Positions 12,540 to 25,449 of a stretch of DNA of 64,000 nt are shown piece by piece. Each line of letters opens with the position of its first letter. Position 1 is the stretch's first letter. This DNA comes from Takakia lepidozioides (taxonomy: Eukaryota > Plantae > Bryophyta), in NCBI GenBank assembly GCA_030704615.1, contig CM060734.1, positions 124,001 through 188,000 of the forward strand, given 5' to 3'. Below the pieces are notes generated by a model that saw only the letters and a program-made list of their open reading frames with translations, was not told the DNA's origin and did no database searches. Made by a program: the position numbers and the translations under genes.

Positions 12540-14140
12540 GCGGTGGCAAATACATTTTGAAAATTAACAAAATGAACACGACCGCCAATTCGTTTTGCTT
12601 TTCAAAATTAAAAAAAAATAGCGACCGCCGTATTGGCGGTCGCTTCAATTTTTATTTATTTTAAAGCAAGATTGACGGTCGCCTTATTTTTCGAAATAGA
12701 AAAAAAAATAGCGACCGCCATATTGGCAGTCGCTTCAAATGTTTTTTTTTTTAAAGCAAGATTGGCAGTCGCCTTATTTTTCGAATTAAAAAAACAAATA
12801 GCGACCGATATGCTGGCGGTCACTTCAATTTATTGTCTTAATAAAACAAGATTGGCGGTCGCACGATGACAAATACATTTTTGAAAATTAACAAAATGAA
12901 CGCGACCGCCAATTATGGCGGTCACTTTGTTTTTCGAAATTAAAAAATAAATAGCGACCGCCGTATTGGCGGTCGCTTCAATTTTTTTTTTTAAAGCAAG
13001 ATTGGCAGTCACACTGGCAGTCGCTTTATTTTTCGAAATAGAAAAAGAAATAGCGACCGCCATATTGGCGGTCGCTTCAAATGTTTTTTTTTTAAAAGCA
13101 AGATTGACGGTCGCCCTATTTTTCGAATTAAAAAAATAAATTGCGACCGATATGCTGGCGGTCGCTTCAATTTATTGTCTTAAAAAAACAAGATTGGCGG
13201 TCGTATTGGCGGTCGCACGATGACAAATACATTTTTGAAAATTAACAAAATGAACGCGACCGCCAATTATGGCGGTCACTTTGTTTTTCAAAATTAAAAA
13301 ATAAATAGCGACCGCCGTATTGGCGGTCGCTTCAAATTTTTTTTTTTAAGCAAGATTGGCAGTCGCACTGGCGGTCGCTTTATTTTTCGAAATAGAAAAA
13401 GAAATAGGGACCGCCATATTGGCGGTCGCTTCAAATGTTTTTAAAAAAAAAGCAAGATTGACGGTCGCCCTATTTTTGGAATCTAAAAAATAAATAGCGA
13501 CCGTTATGCTGGCGGTTGCTTCAATTTTTATTTTTATTTTTTAAAATCAATTTATTGTTTAAAAAAAACAAGATTGCGGTCGTATTGGCGGTCGCCTAAT
13601 TTAAAAAAGAAAACAAGCGACTGCCGTATTGGCGGTCGCACGGTGGCAAATACATTTTTGAAAATTAACAAAATGAACGCGACCGCCAATTATGGCGGTC
13701 GCACGGTGGCAAATACATTTTTGAAAATTAACAAAATGAACGCGACCGCCAATTATGGCGGTCGCTTTGCTTTTCGAAATTAAAAAAGAAATAGCGACCG
13801 CCGTATACGGCGGTCGCTTCAATTGTTTTTTTTTAAAAGCAAGATTGGCGGTCGCACTGGCGGTCGCTTTATTTTTCGAAATAGAAAAACAATAGCGACC
13901 GCCATATTGGCGGTCGCTTCAAATTTGTTTTTAATAAAAGCAAGATTGGCAGTCGCACTGGCGGTCGTTTTATTTTCGAATTTAAAAAAAAAAATAGCGA
14001 CCGCTATCTTGGCGGTTGCTTAAATTTAAAAATATATGACCGCAATATTGTACAAAATGAAAGGAAATAAAATCGATCGCAGTAGTGGCGATCGCTTGCT
14101 TTTCATTTTAAAAAAAATACGGACCGTAGTATTAGCGGTT
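12540..14140. repeat. Subterminal array of gcgaccgcc-N(5-6)-ggcggtcgc palindromes with AT-rich spacers (mirror at ~20430-21680 has fewer units)
   Basis: Dozens of copies are directly visible. Confidence 0.9.
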
Positions 14141-14438
14141 GCTTAATTTCAAAATTACAACAAATATGGTTGTACAGCTTTTTTTGGGTGGGCGCTATTG
14201 GTTCGTCATTTATTCATTTCACTTTCGTCCGCACCTTTTGCCGTTGTGGCTTCCACCAAAACCACTTCAGCAGATTGTGTATAAACTCAACACTACAACC
14301 CATATTAACCCACTTGGGTTGCTGACAAGTGTAGAAGTGTTGGGCTATCGCATTGCACTCTACATTCACAACACGTTCATTTATAGGTGACTGTTTTTTG
14401 TTGCTTGCAACGTTAGGTCCCAGGGGAATGGATATTGG

Positions 14439-17372
14439 GTGAAGATGAGGGAGGAATGGAGCCCTTAGTATACGGCAATCCCAAACACTGTCAGTGCTAC
14501 TGGTAGTGTTGAGTGCAACCTATGTGGATTAAAGCTTTCTTATCGTAAGGATCGGTTGCTCGCTCACCTCGGCTATAAAGGTGTGAAGAGCGTTGGGGTG
14601 GGTTTATGCCCCAAAACATCTATGCGGGTAAAAAACCACTTTGCCCAGTGTGGAGGCAATATTCCAATGTCTTTGGATCTGGACATGACCTCTGAGCAGA
14701 ACACTCTATCTTCCCGTCAGGATGCCCCGATTAGTACCCAGGGTGACTCTTGTGAGGCTTCGGGTGTCCTTGGACAAGTGGGTTGTGCCGGAGCAACACC
14801 TGCTTCAACACCTCTTTGTACCCCTACACTTCAACGGAGTAGAGGATTACGGCAGCAATCCATGCAATAAGGTCTTAACTTGTCTGCGAAAAGATAGTTG
14901 GATAAAAAATGGGCGCAGTTTTTCTTCGAAGTCAACATACCATTTAATGTGGCAAGGCTTCTGGCATATGTTTCTGCTGTTAGAGCAACCTCGGAGTGCA
15001 GATCCACGTACGTGCCTCCGACTTATCACAATCTCCGCACAGGATTGCTAGAAGACGCCATGACCGAGCTTACCCAAAAGATCAACGATAGGACGGGCGA
15101 GTGTATCAGAAAATATGGAAGCACTATATGTGCCGATGGTTGGAGTTCTGTCACAAACAGACCGTTGTTCAATGTCATGCTCGTATGTCCAGCTAGGGAA
15201 CAATTCTTGGGATCGGTCGACACTAGCGGCGAGAAGAAAAATGGACGTTATCAATGCGAACTATTGACGGATTTCATCGAACAGGTCGGAAGTGATAGAA
15301 TCGTGCAAATATGCATAGACAATGCCGCTAACATGAAAAACACTGCAGACATGTTGTTGGTACGTTATCCTCATATGTACTATCAAGGTTGTGCTGCTCA
15401 TATCCTTGACCTCATTTTGGAAGATTGGGGGAAAAAACAGTGGGTGAAACAACTTGTCAAGCGAGCGAAGACTGTTGTGTCGTTCATCCGCACACACCAC
15501 ATCCCTTTGGCAATATATAGGAGGCACGAACCCAAATACAGCCTCCGCAATCCAGACGAAACTCGTTTTGTCACTACCTTCTTGATGGTGGATCGGTTGG
15601 TGACGGTGAAAAGCAGTCTGGAGCACACCATCATCGATCCTCAATGGGATGCGTACACACGGACATTGTGGGACTCCATAAAAGCCAAGTCATTGGGCAA
15701 AAGTCGAAAAGTTCGAAATAGCATTCGCAGCGATGATTTCTGGAAGAAATGTGAAAACTTTGTTTATATGGTTGAGCCGGTGTTAATCGTCTTGCGGGAG
15801 TTTGATGGAAAGCAACCAGTAATGGGCAAGGCATGGTTACTAATGCAAAATCTTGATAAACACGTCCAATCCTTGCGGCATCCTCCCTTCTCCTTGGAAC
15901 CTGAACTTGCGGACAGTGCTGAGGATGCATTTTACGACCGTCGTTCGATGGTTCGAACGGACTTGCATTATGTGGGGGCTTTGCTCAATCCATTCTTGCT
16001 CGACAATACCATGCTCCAAGACGACGCTGATGCCAAGGCCGGCCTCGTGCGAGTGCTCATGCGACTAGCTCCGCCGAACCATGCAGAGAGAGCTATATCC
16101 GAGTACCAATGCTTCTCAGATCGCCGCGACCCCTTTGAGGACATGCCAGATCCAAAAGAGCTCAATATGCTGCCACATGAATGGTGGGATCTGATTGGAG
16201 CTGTAGCAAGAACATTGGCTCCCATTGCGAAGCGTATTCTTGCTCAAGTGTGCTCTGCCTCATTATGCGAACGCAATTGGAGCAGTTACTCATTTGTTCA
16301 CAACAAGATTCGCAACAGATTGAATCCCGCGAGGGCTGACAAATTGGTGTATGTGTATACCAATTGCCGACTGCTACGCGAGAGGGCAGCGGATGATGCT
16401 GCAGCATGGTATGAGAGGAATTTGCATTCCGAAGACTCTGCTTCTGAGGCTGATTCGATGAGTGATGATACTGAGCCTCAGAGGGAATCATCTGCCTCCG
16501 ATAGTGAAGATGGATCTGATGATGCTCCCGAAAATGCGTATGACCCGTTTATATTCACAGAGGATGATGCTTATATCCAGCCGACCTTTGATGACCTTCT
16601 TGAAGAAGTGCGTATCGCAGATGAAGGTGAAGCTGCAATTGTGTCATCCCCAAAACATGGTCCTCAAAATGAAGTTGGGGTCGACCCTCGCCCCCCACTA
16701 CACGCTGAAGCCACCGGTAGTGCCCCAATGGAACTTAGGGGTGATGTACTGCCAGGACCGATCGACGTACACAACCCTGTTCATACAAACGATGGTGTCG
16801 AACCCATTGTATAGTCGACGGGACGGGATCATACCTCACCGATACGACCAGCTCCACCACAATGCCAAAACCGATCCAGCTCCCCATCAACACAACGGGC
16901 ATTAAGGAGCAACATGGTTGATCTGTTTTCCACACGCATGCATCATTCTGCTGCATTAGACTGGGCGAAAGTTGAAGCCTCGAATGATGACAACTTGCCA
17001 CTACAATTCCACCTTAACCGACGTGTTGCGCAGCAGACTTGTGGTTCCTCACATGCCGGACCATCTCGGGCAGTCCCCCCTCCGGTACCTCCTTTGAGAC
17101 CACCTTCGATTGCGTCCCGAGTCCATAAACGATAGAGAACAGTCCAACTTTTTGTAGGCGATCGGCCCACAAACAGGTCAGATACCGTGGATGGTATTCA
17201 AGACCGGAGCGGAAGTCGACCTCAGAGAGAACTAAATGTGGTTCGAGGTCGCTTGCAGATTCAAAGGCCTGGACATATGAGGTTGGATAGGGAAGACAAT
17301 TCCAGCACTGATCATGGCAACGGTGGTGAAGTCGAGGGTGACCCGGATTTTCAACCCATCGGAGCATTATGA
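14439..17372 (+). pseudogene. hAT transposase (BED zinc finger, DUF659-type core, hAT C-terminal dimerisation domain, long low-complexity tail) with in-frame stops
   Basis: CNLC...RLLAHLG...GLC (BED), DGWS, CAAHILDL, ETRF, EWW and CERNWS..SFVHNKIRNRL. ORFs 14556, 14898, 16914 and 17187 are all in one frame, separated by TAG/TAA. Confidence 0.92.
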
Positions 17373-17758
17373 TTATAATCTTCTTCGTCCCGCCGTCGAA
17401 GCAGTAAAATGAATTGAAGCAAAACAGCTGTATATTGGCGGTCGCTTATTTATTTTAAATGTTTGAAAATGAAGCGACCGCCTATGCTCGCGGTCGCTTA
17501 TTTTTTTTAATATTTTTTTATAATGAAGCGTGTGCCGATGTTGGCGGTCGCTTATTTTTTTGAATTCTTATAAAATGAAGCGACTGCCTATGTTGGCGGT
17601 CGCTTATTTTTCAATTTAAAAAAAAAATGAAGCGACCGCCTATGTTGGAGGTCGCTTATTTATTTAATTTTTAAAAAAATGAAGCGACCTCAGCTGGATC
17701 GGTTTTGGCATTGTGGTGGAGCTGGTCGTATCGGTGAGGTATGATCCCGTCCCGTCGA

Positions 17759-20134
17759 CTATACAATGGGTTCGACACCATCGTTTGTATGAACAGGGTT
17801 GTGTACGTCGATCGGTCCTGGCAGTACATCACCCCTAAGTTCCATTGGGGCATTACCGGTGGCTTCAGCGTGTAGTGGGGGGCGAGGGTCGACCCCAACT
17901 TCATTTTGAGGACCATGTTTTGGGGATGACACAATTGCAGCTTCACCTTCATCTGCGATATGCACTTCTTCAAGAAGGTCATCAAAGGTCGGCTGGATAT
18001 AAACATCATCCTCTGTGAATATAAACGGGTCATACGCATTTTCGGGAGCATCATCAGATCCATCTTCACTATCGGAGGCAGATGATTCCCTCTGAGGCTC
18101 AGTATCATCACTCATCGAATCAGCCTCAGAAGCAGAGTCTTCGGAATGCAAATTCCTCTCATACCATGCTGCAGCATCATCCGCTGCCCTCTCGCGTAGC
18201 AGTCGGCAATTGGTATACACATACACCAATTTGTCAGCCCTCGCGGGATTCAATCTGTTGCGAATCTTGTTGTGAACAAATGAGTAACTGCTCCAATTGC
18301 GTTCGCATAATGAGGCAGAGCACACTTGAGCAAGAATACGCTTCGCAATGGGAGCCAATGTTCTTGCTACAGCTCCAATCAGATCCCACCATTCATGTGG
18401 CAGCATATTGAGCTCTTTTGGATCCGGCATGTCCTCAAAGGGGTCGCGGCGATCTGAGAAGCATTGGTACTCGGATATAGTTCTCTCTGCATGGTTCGGC
18501 GGAGCTAGTCGCATGAGCACTCGCACGAGGCCGGCCTTGGCATCAGCGTCGTCTTGGAGCATGGTATTGTCGAGCAAGAATGGATTGAGCAAAGCCCCCG
18601 CATAATGCAAGTCCGTTCGAACCATCGAACGACGGTCGTAAAATGCATCCTCAGCACTGTTCGCAAGTTCAGATTCCAAGGAGAAGGGAGGATGCCTCAA
18701 GGATTGGACGTGCTTATCAAGATTTTGCATTAGTAACCATGCCTTGCCCATTACTGGTTGCTTTCCATCAAACTCCCGCAAGACGATTAACACCGGCTCA
18801 ACCATATAAACAAAGTTTTCACATTTCTTCAAGAAATCATCGTTGCGAATGCTATTTCGAACTTTTCGACTTTTGCCCAATGACTTGGCTTTTATGGAGT
18901 CCCACAATGTCCATGTGTACGCATCCCATTGAGGATCGATGATGGTGTGCTCCAGACTGCTTTTCACCGTCACCAACCGATCCACCATCAAGAAGTTAGT
19001 GGCAAAACGAGTTTCGTCTGGATTGCGGAGGCTGTATTTGGGTTCGTGCCTCCTATATATTGCCAAAGGGATGTGGTGTGTGCGGATGAACGACACAATA
19101 GTCTTCGCTCGCTTGACAAGTTGTTTCACCCACTGTTTTTTCCCCCAATCTTCCAAAATGAGGTTAAGGATATGAGCAGCACAACCTTGATAGTACATAT
19201 GAGGATAACGTGCCAACAACATGTCTGCAGTATTTCTCATGTTAGCGGCATTGTCTATGCATATTTGCACGATTCTATCACTTCCGACCTGTTCGATGAA
19301 ATCCGTCAATAGTTGGCATTGATAACGTCCATTTTTCTTCTCGCCGCTAGTGTCGACCGATCCCAAGAATTGTTCCCCAGCTGGACATACGAGCATGACA
19401 TTGAACAACGGTCTGTTTGTGACAGAACTCCAACCATCGGCACATATAGTGCTTCCATATTTTCTGATACACTCGCCCGTCCTATCGTTGACCTTTTGGG
19501 TAAGCTCGGTCATGGCGTCTTCTAGCAATCCTGTGCGGAGATTGTGATAAGTCGGAGGCACGTACGTGGATCTGCACTCCGAGGTTGCTCTAACAGCAGA
19601 AACATATGCCGGAAGCCTTGCCACATTAAATGATATGTTGACCTCGAAGAAAAACTGCGCCCATTTTTTATCCAACTATTTTTTCGCAGACAAGTTAAGA
19701 CCTTCTTGCATGGATTGCTGCCGTAATCCTCTACTCCGTTGAAGTGTAGGGGTACAAAGAGGTGTTGAAGCAGGTGTTGCTCCGGCACAACCCACTTGTC
19801 CAAGGACACCCGAAGCCTCACAAGAGTCACCCTGGGTACTAATCGGGGCATCCTGACGGGAAGATAGAGTGTTCTGCTCAGAGGTCATGTCCAGATCCAA
19901 AGACATTGGAATATTGCCTCCACACTGGGCAAAGTGGATTTTTACCCGCATAGATGTTTTGGGGCATAAACCCACCCCAACGCTCTTCACACCTTTATAG
20001 CCGTGGTGAGCGAGCAACCGATCCTTACGATAAGAAAGCTTTAATCCACATAGGTTGCACTCAACACTACCAGTGGCACTTACAGTGTTTGGGATTGCCG
20101 TATACCAAGGGCTCCATTCCTCCCTCATCTTCAC
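17759..20134 (-). pseudogene. Inverted duplicate of the hAT transposase
   Basis: The 638-aa ORF differs from the left copy at 21 residues by eye. The BED finger lies in ORF 19676-20134. It shares TAG stops with the left copy at 19676-19678 and 17759-17761. Confidence 0.92.
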
Positions 20135-21829
20135 CCAATATCCATTCCCCTGGGACCTAACGTTGCAAGCAACAAAAAACAGTCACCTATAAATGAACGT
20201 GTTGTGAATGTAGAGTGCAATGCGATAGCCCAACACTTCTACACTTGTCAGCAAACCAAGTGGGTTGATGTGGGTTGTAGTGTTGAGTTTATACACAATC
20301 TGCTGAAGTGGTTTTGGTGGAAGCCACAACGGCAAAAGGTGCGGACGAAAGTGAAATGAATAAATGACGAACCAATAGCGCCCACCCAAAAAAAGCTGTA
20401 CAACCATATTTGTTGTAATTTTGAAATTAAGCAACCGCTAATACTACGGTCCGTATTTTTTTTTAAATGAAAAGCAAGCGATCGCCATTACTGCGATCGA
20501 TTTTATTTCCTTTCATTTTGTACAATATTGCGGTCATATATTTTTAAATTTAAGCAACCGCCAAGATAGCGGTCGCTATTTTTTTTTTAATTCGAAAAAT
20601 AAAACGACCGCCAGTGCGACTGCCAATCTTGCTTTTATTAAAAACAAATTTGAAGCGACCGCCAATATGGCGGTCGCTATTTTTTTTCTATTTCGAAAAA
20701 TAAAGCGACCGCCAGTGCGACCGCCAATCTTGCTTTAAAAAAAAAACAATTGAAGCGACCGCCAATACGGCGGTCGCTATTTCTTTTTTAATTTCGAAAA
20801 GCAAAGCGACCGCCATAATTGGCGGTCGCGTTCATTTTGTTAATTTTCAAAAATGTATTTGCCACCGTGCGACCGCCAATACGGCAGTCGCTTGTTTTCT
20901 TTTTTAAATTAGGCGACCGCCAATACGACCGCAATCTTGTTTTTTTTAAACAATAAATTGATTTTAAAAAATAAAAATAAAAATTGAAGCAACCGCCAGC
21001 ATAACGGTCGCTATTTATTTTTTAGATTCCAAAAATAGGGCAACCGTCAATCTTGCTTTTAAAAAAAAAACATTTGAAGCGACCGCCAATATGGCGGTCG
21101 CTATTTCTTTTTCTATTTCGAAAAATAAAGCGACCGCCAGTGCGACTGCCAATCTTGCTTTTAAAAAAAAAAATTGAAGCGACCGCCAATACGGCGGTCG
21201 CTATTTATTTTTTAATTTCGAAAAACAAAGTGACCGCCATAATTGGCGGTCGCGTTCATTTTGTTAATTTTAAAAAGTGTATTTGTCATCGTGCGACCGC
21301 CAATACGGCAGTCGCTTGTTTTCTTTTTTAAATTAGGATACGACCGCCAATCTTGTTTTTTTAAGACAATAAATTGAAGCGACCGCCAGCATATCGGTCG
21401 CTATTTGTTTTTTTAATTCGAAAAATAAGACGACCGCCAATCTCGCTTTTAAAAAAAAAAACATTTGAAGCGACTGCCAATATGGCGGTCGCTATTTCTT
21501 TTTCTATTTCGAAAAATAAGGCGACCGCCAGTGCGACCGCCAATCTTGCTTTAAAATAAATAAAAATTGAAGCAACCGCCAATACGGCGATCGCTATTTT
21601 TTTTTAATTTTGAAAAGCAAAACGAATTGGCGGTCGTGTTCATTTTGTTAATTTTCAAAATGTATTTGCCACCGCCACCATGTGGGCGACGTGGCTGCTT
21701 AAGTGGCAGTATTTTACCTGGTATTATTTTTACCAAAATATTCCCCGAACCTGACGTGACGGAGGTCCCGTCAGCACCAGGTTTGACGTGACCTAACGCT
21801 GACTGACGGACGTGTCGTTGATAACCGAG

Positions 21830-24800
21830 GGTGTAGCTGCCGGTATCACCACTGCCCTTGTGCTTCTAGAGATGGAGACATAGTCAGGTGACCAACACAC
21901 CCGTCATTCCTCAATCTCCACCTCATGTCCCCGCCTAAACTCATGGTAGTCATCCATGGGCCCCTCAAGGTGCTGAAACAACCCCTTCCACGCCATAAAA
22001 GGCGTAAGCAGTTGTGGATTGCGCATCTGCTGCAAATCACACCAACTATCAAACTCATGTATGAAATCATCAAGCTCAATGGTGCCCACAGCTCCAGAGT
22101 ACCGACGTGGCCCCTTGGTAGCTCCATACATTTCCTCCATCGTATCCCACAACAATGGCACGGAAATGGCTTGCACCCTCGGCGAGAATCCTCCTAACTC
22201 TGAGTCTGAACCTTCCTCAGAAGACACTAAAGGTGAAGGTGGCCTAAACCACACACCTCGTCTTGTATACCCACTAGTATCGCTGGTGCTTGTACCGGCA
22301 CTCTCCTTAGCAACTGGTGACACCTCCGTGATGAAAACTCACAACCACACCTGTTGTAAACTTGTCTCTAATCCCCCTTTCCACAAGGTAACCGGGTAGA
22401 AAACCTGTTGCGGCTTATGGTTTAGACTACTAGGTTCGTAATATAAACTTGTACCTGCATCCACCGCAAGCACTCCTACGGTCTGCTGATCATCAACCCA
22501 GCCTCACCATAAGAGAAACAATGATGGTCTGATTGGTCATCACCCCAGCCTCACCACCGACAGCACGCTCTAGGATTGACCGGTGATCAAATCCAGACCA
22601 ACCTCCTATGAAAACAAGCGTCCACACAAAGCTAACATGGTGCACAGTCAAGCATGCAGGTGTCGAGGGGATCCAAACACAAGAAAATCAAGACAACAAC
22701 TCCCCCACACCAAAAACACTCCACAGTGTCGCTCCTGCAATGATACTCCAGCCCAAACCCGGACTGACTCTTGCCTCCACCTACGGAAAGGTTTTGGCCT
22801 ACAGAGAAGGTGAAAGACTACAAGGAAGAAAGACTAAAGCAATTCCTAATCCCAGCATGCCCTCATCCCACTACCCTATCTCCACACTCTCTTGCTTGAA
22901 CAATAGACAAGACTACCTTTCAAGGGTCTCTCAAATAACTCTCCAGGAGCCCTCAAGAATATGTCTCTCAAACAATCTCACTAAGGCTCCCAATCCTTGT
23001 ACAATGGGACTCCAAAACAGTACACCAAGGCCCCAAGAGCCTGCCAAAACTTAGCCCTCGAGGACCCCAAATAGTCCATCACACAAGTCGCCAAAGACTC
23101 CTCAAGCTCGCCAAGTATTGGCCTCCAAGGACCCCAAATAGTCCTCCAAAGAACTCCAAATGGTCCTCCAAGGACCCCAAACAGTCCTCCAAGCACTCCC
23201 AATGGTCTTCCAAATAGTCCTCCAAGGACTCCCAATGGTCCTCCAAACAGTCCTCCAAGGACTCCCAATGGTCCTCCAAGGACCCCAAACAGACCTCCAA
23301 GGACTCTTCCTATGTCACCATGTTCCCAATGCATTCCCAATGGGTTCCCAATAGGTTCCCAATAAGTTCCCTAAGTTCCCTAAGAGTATTCTTGAGAATA
23401 TGCCATAGTATTCCCCCAGTATTCCCCTGGGTCTATACGTATTTTTTTTTTGTATTCCCCTTTATATTCTCCTTAGGAATAGCCATTTCCCCCTCATAGA
23501 GTAGTCCATTTCCCCCCAGGGTTTAGCCATTTCCCCCTAGGCTTTAGCCACTTCCCCCTCTATTTTCTTGAGGTTTAGCCTTACCAAGCTAGGGTTTGTG
23601 CTCCTTGGGGCTCTATGCTTAATCCCCTCAAGCATCCATGAATTCTATGGGGTGCCAAGGCAAATTCCTTTGATCTTCTTCACCTTAAGCTACTCAAGTT
23701 TGTCTCCAACTCAACTAGCAATGCATTGGCCACACAACAAGCTCAATTTCTCATTGGAACTCAAAATCAAGCTTATACCTCCTTTGGCAAGCCACCAAGC
23801 CTTGTCTCATCTCAAGCCTTGGTCATTCAAGCTCCCTTCATTTGCTAGCTCAAGAGCCACTCCTCTCAAGCTTGAAATTGCAAAGCTCAAGCCAAAAGCA
23901 TGCTCCACACATGCATCACCTCATACACAAGGGAATCAACTTTCTCCCTTTATCTTCTAGCTCTCCTCAAGCTTTAAACTGGAAGCCACACTTGGGAAGC
24001 ATGCTCCCACATAAGCATCACTTGCTTGATCAACCATCCACCACAAAACTTAAGCCAAAAGGGAATGAATACATGAGCTTCACCTTCCCCTTCCTTGTCT
24101 TGTCACATGCTAATGTATGGTTGAAGTTGCTATGCATGCCTTGAGCCACAATCTCTTTTCTTCATGAAGACCACCTCCAATGATCTCCCACATGTGCTCC
24201 AAGCTCTTCAATGCTCTAGGCTTGGTTTCACATCATCATGGATAGAATTTTCACCCATATGTTTCCCTTCAAACCTCTTGAGCTTCCTAATGCTTTCCAA
24301 GTGCTTGCCCTTGTTGTCTTCAAGCCCAAGCCTATGTAGCTCCTTGGCTTATCTTCCACAACTCCACAATTGAGCTTGGTTAACCCTAGATTGATTGTGA
24401 AATGAGCACTAACAATCATTTAGTTGCTCTCCTCAAGCCATGGCACACACCATTGACTCCATAATGCATAGAAATGATTCTCAAACCCTAGAATCCGTGC
24501 TTCCACACACACAAGACTTCCCTCTTGCAATCCTTGCAAATCCTGTGGCAACAAGCTCCTTCTTGAGCTCTCCAACACCTTGGTGTAATACCACAAGTAC
24601 TTTTCCTTGCAACCTTTGTGATCTACAAAAGCTCCATCTTTGAGCTCTCCACCTCCTTAGGGCAAAGCAATATCTCTCAAAGCCCTAACACCACAAGGAT
24701 TTTCCTTTACAATATATGCAACACCTTGCAACACAAGAGCTATCTTCCCAAGCTCTTCAACACACAAGTGCTAAACTAACCCTTACACTCCGCACTCACA

Positions 24801-24927
24801 AGCATAAGGTCATCTTCTTGTAGTGATAATAAAAGTGAACACAATGGAAACACTCCACTCATGAAATGGTGAAATCATAGCCAAAATGCAATTTACAAAT
24901 TTTTCCAATCCTCCTTCCGTTCTTCTA
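21830..24927 (-). mobile_element. Inverted duplicate of the Gypsy LTR + gag fragment
   Basis: Reverse complement of 9267-12385; gag ORF at 21904-22323. Confidence 0.85.
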
Positions 24928-25139
24928 CAAAAAATATATCCTTGGGTCCTTGGATAATTTATACCCCCTCTGTAAATATTTTTTGAAGATTATAAAACCC
25001 TCTCATGTAAATATATATAAATTTATAATTCTTTAAAAATACCCCCTTCTGTATGTATATTCCCCTTTTCAGTCATTAAAATACCCTCAAATATATATAT
25101 GTATGTTTTTATATTATATTATGTTATATTTTTGCAATC

Positions 25140-25449
25140 TCCCATGTCGAGGCTTCCTATATTGATATATCCACTTTGCTATTTTTTGCAAATTTGCAAA
25201 TTTGCAAATTCCCAAATTCCCAAATTTCAAGTACTTTGGGTCGTTGGAATTTGGAAATTCCCAAAGTACTTGGAATTTCACATCTCCCACACCGTTGTCC
25301 AAAAATCATGAGACCAAGCCGGCGCACCCCTCCTCATCGAGGGCTTTCCAACGCCACCAAGCACCAGGGCTGGGCCCCGTGGTTCGGGAGATCTCAATGA
25401 CGCAACAAAACAAAACAAAACAAGACAAACGTCTCATTTCATATATATA
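25140..25449 (-). mobile_element. Partial Helitron (5' half), same family as copies A and B
   Basis: Contains catctcccacaccg...gcacccctcctcatcgagggctttcc...caaaacaaaac...aaacgtctcatttcatata. No CTAG end. Confidence 0.65.

Larger units (their letters stand above)
12385..17691 (+). mobile_element. hAT DNA transposon; left end approximately 12360-12385, right end lost at the fold-back junction
   Basis: The transposase is flanked by arrays of palindromic agcgaccgcc...ggcggtcgct repeats at 12540-14140 and 17435-17690. Confidence 0.85.
9267..24927. repeat. ~15.7-kb palindrome: arms 9267-16881 and 17692-24927, 810-bp spacer
   Basis: Outer ends tagaagaacggaaggag / ctccttccgttcttcta; inner ends ccgatccagct / agctggatcgg. 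ORFs are mirrored in the ORF track (14898+ / 19675-, 11892+ / 22323-). Confidence 0.97.

Noticed and set aside
12540-14140. CRISPR-like or REP-like palindrome array
   Set aside because: The spacers are AT-rich duplicates of each other and the array flanks a hAT transposase, so these are subterminal repeats.
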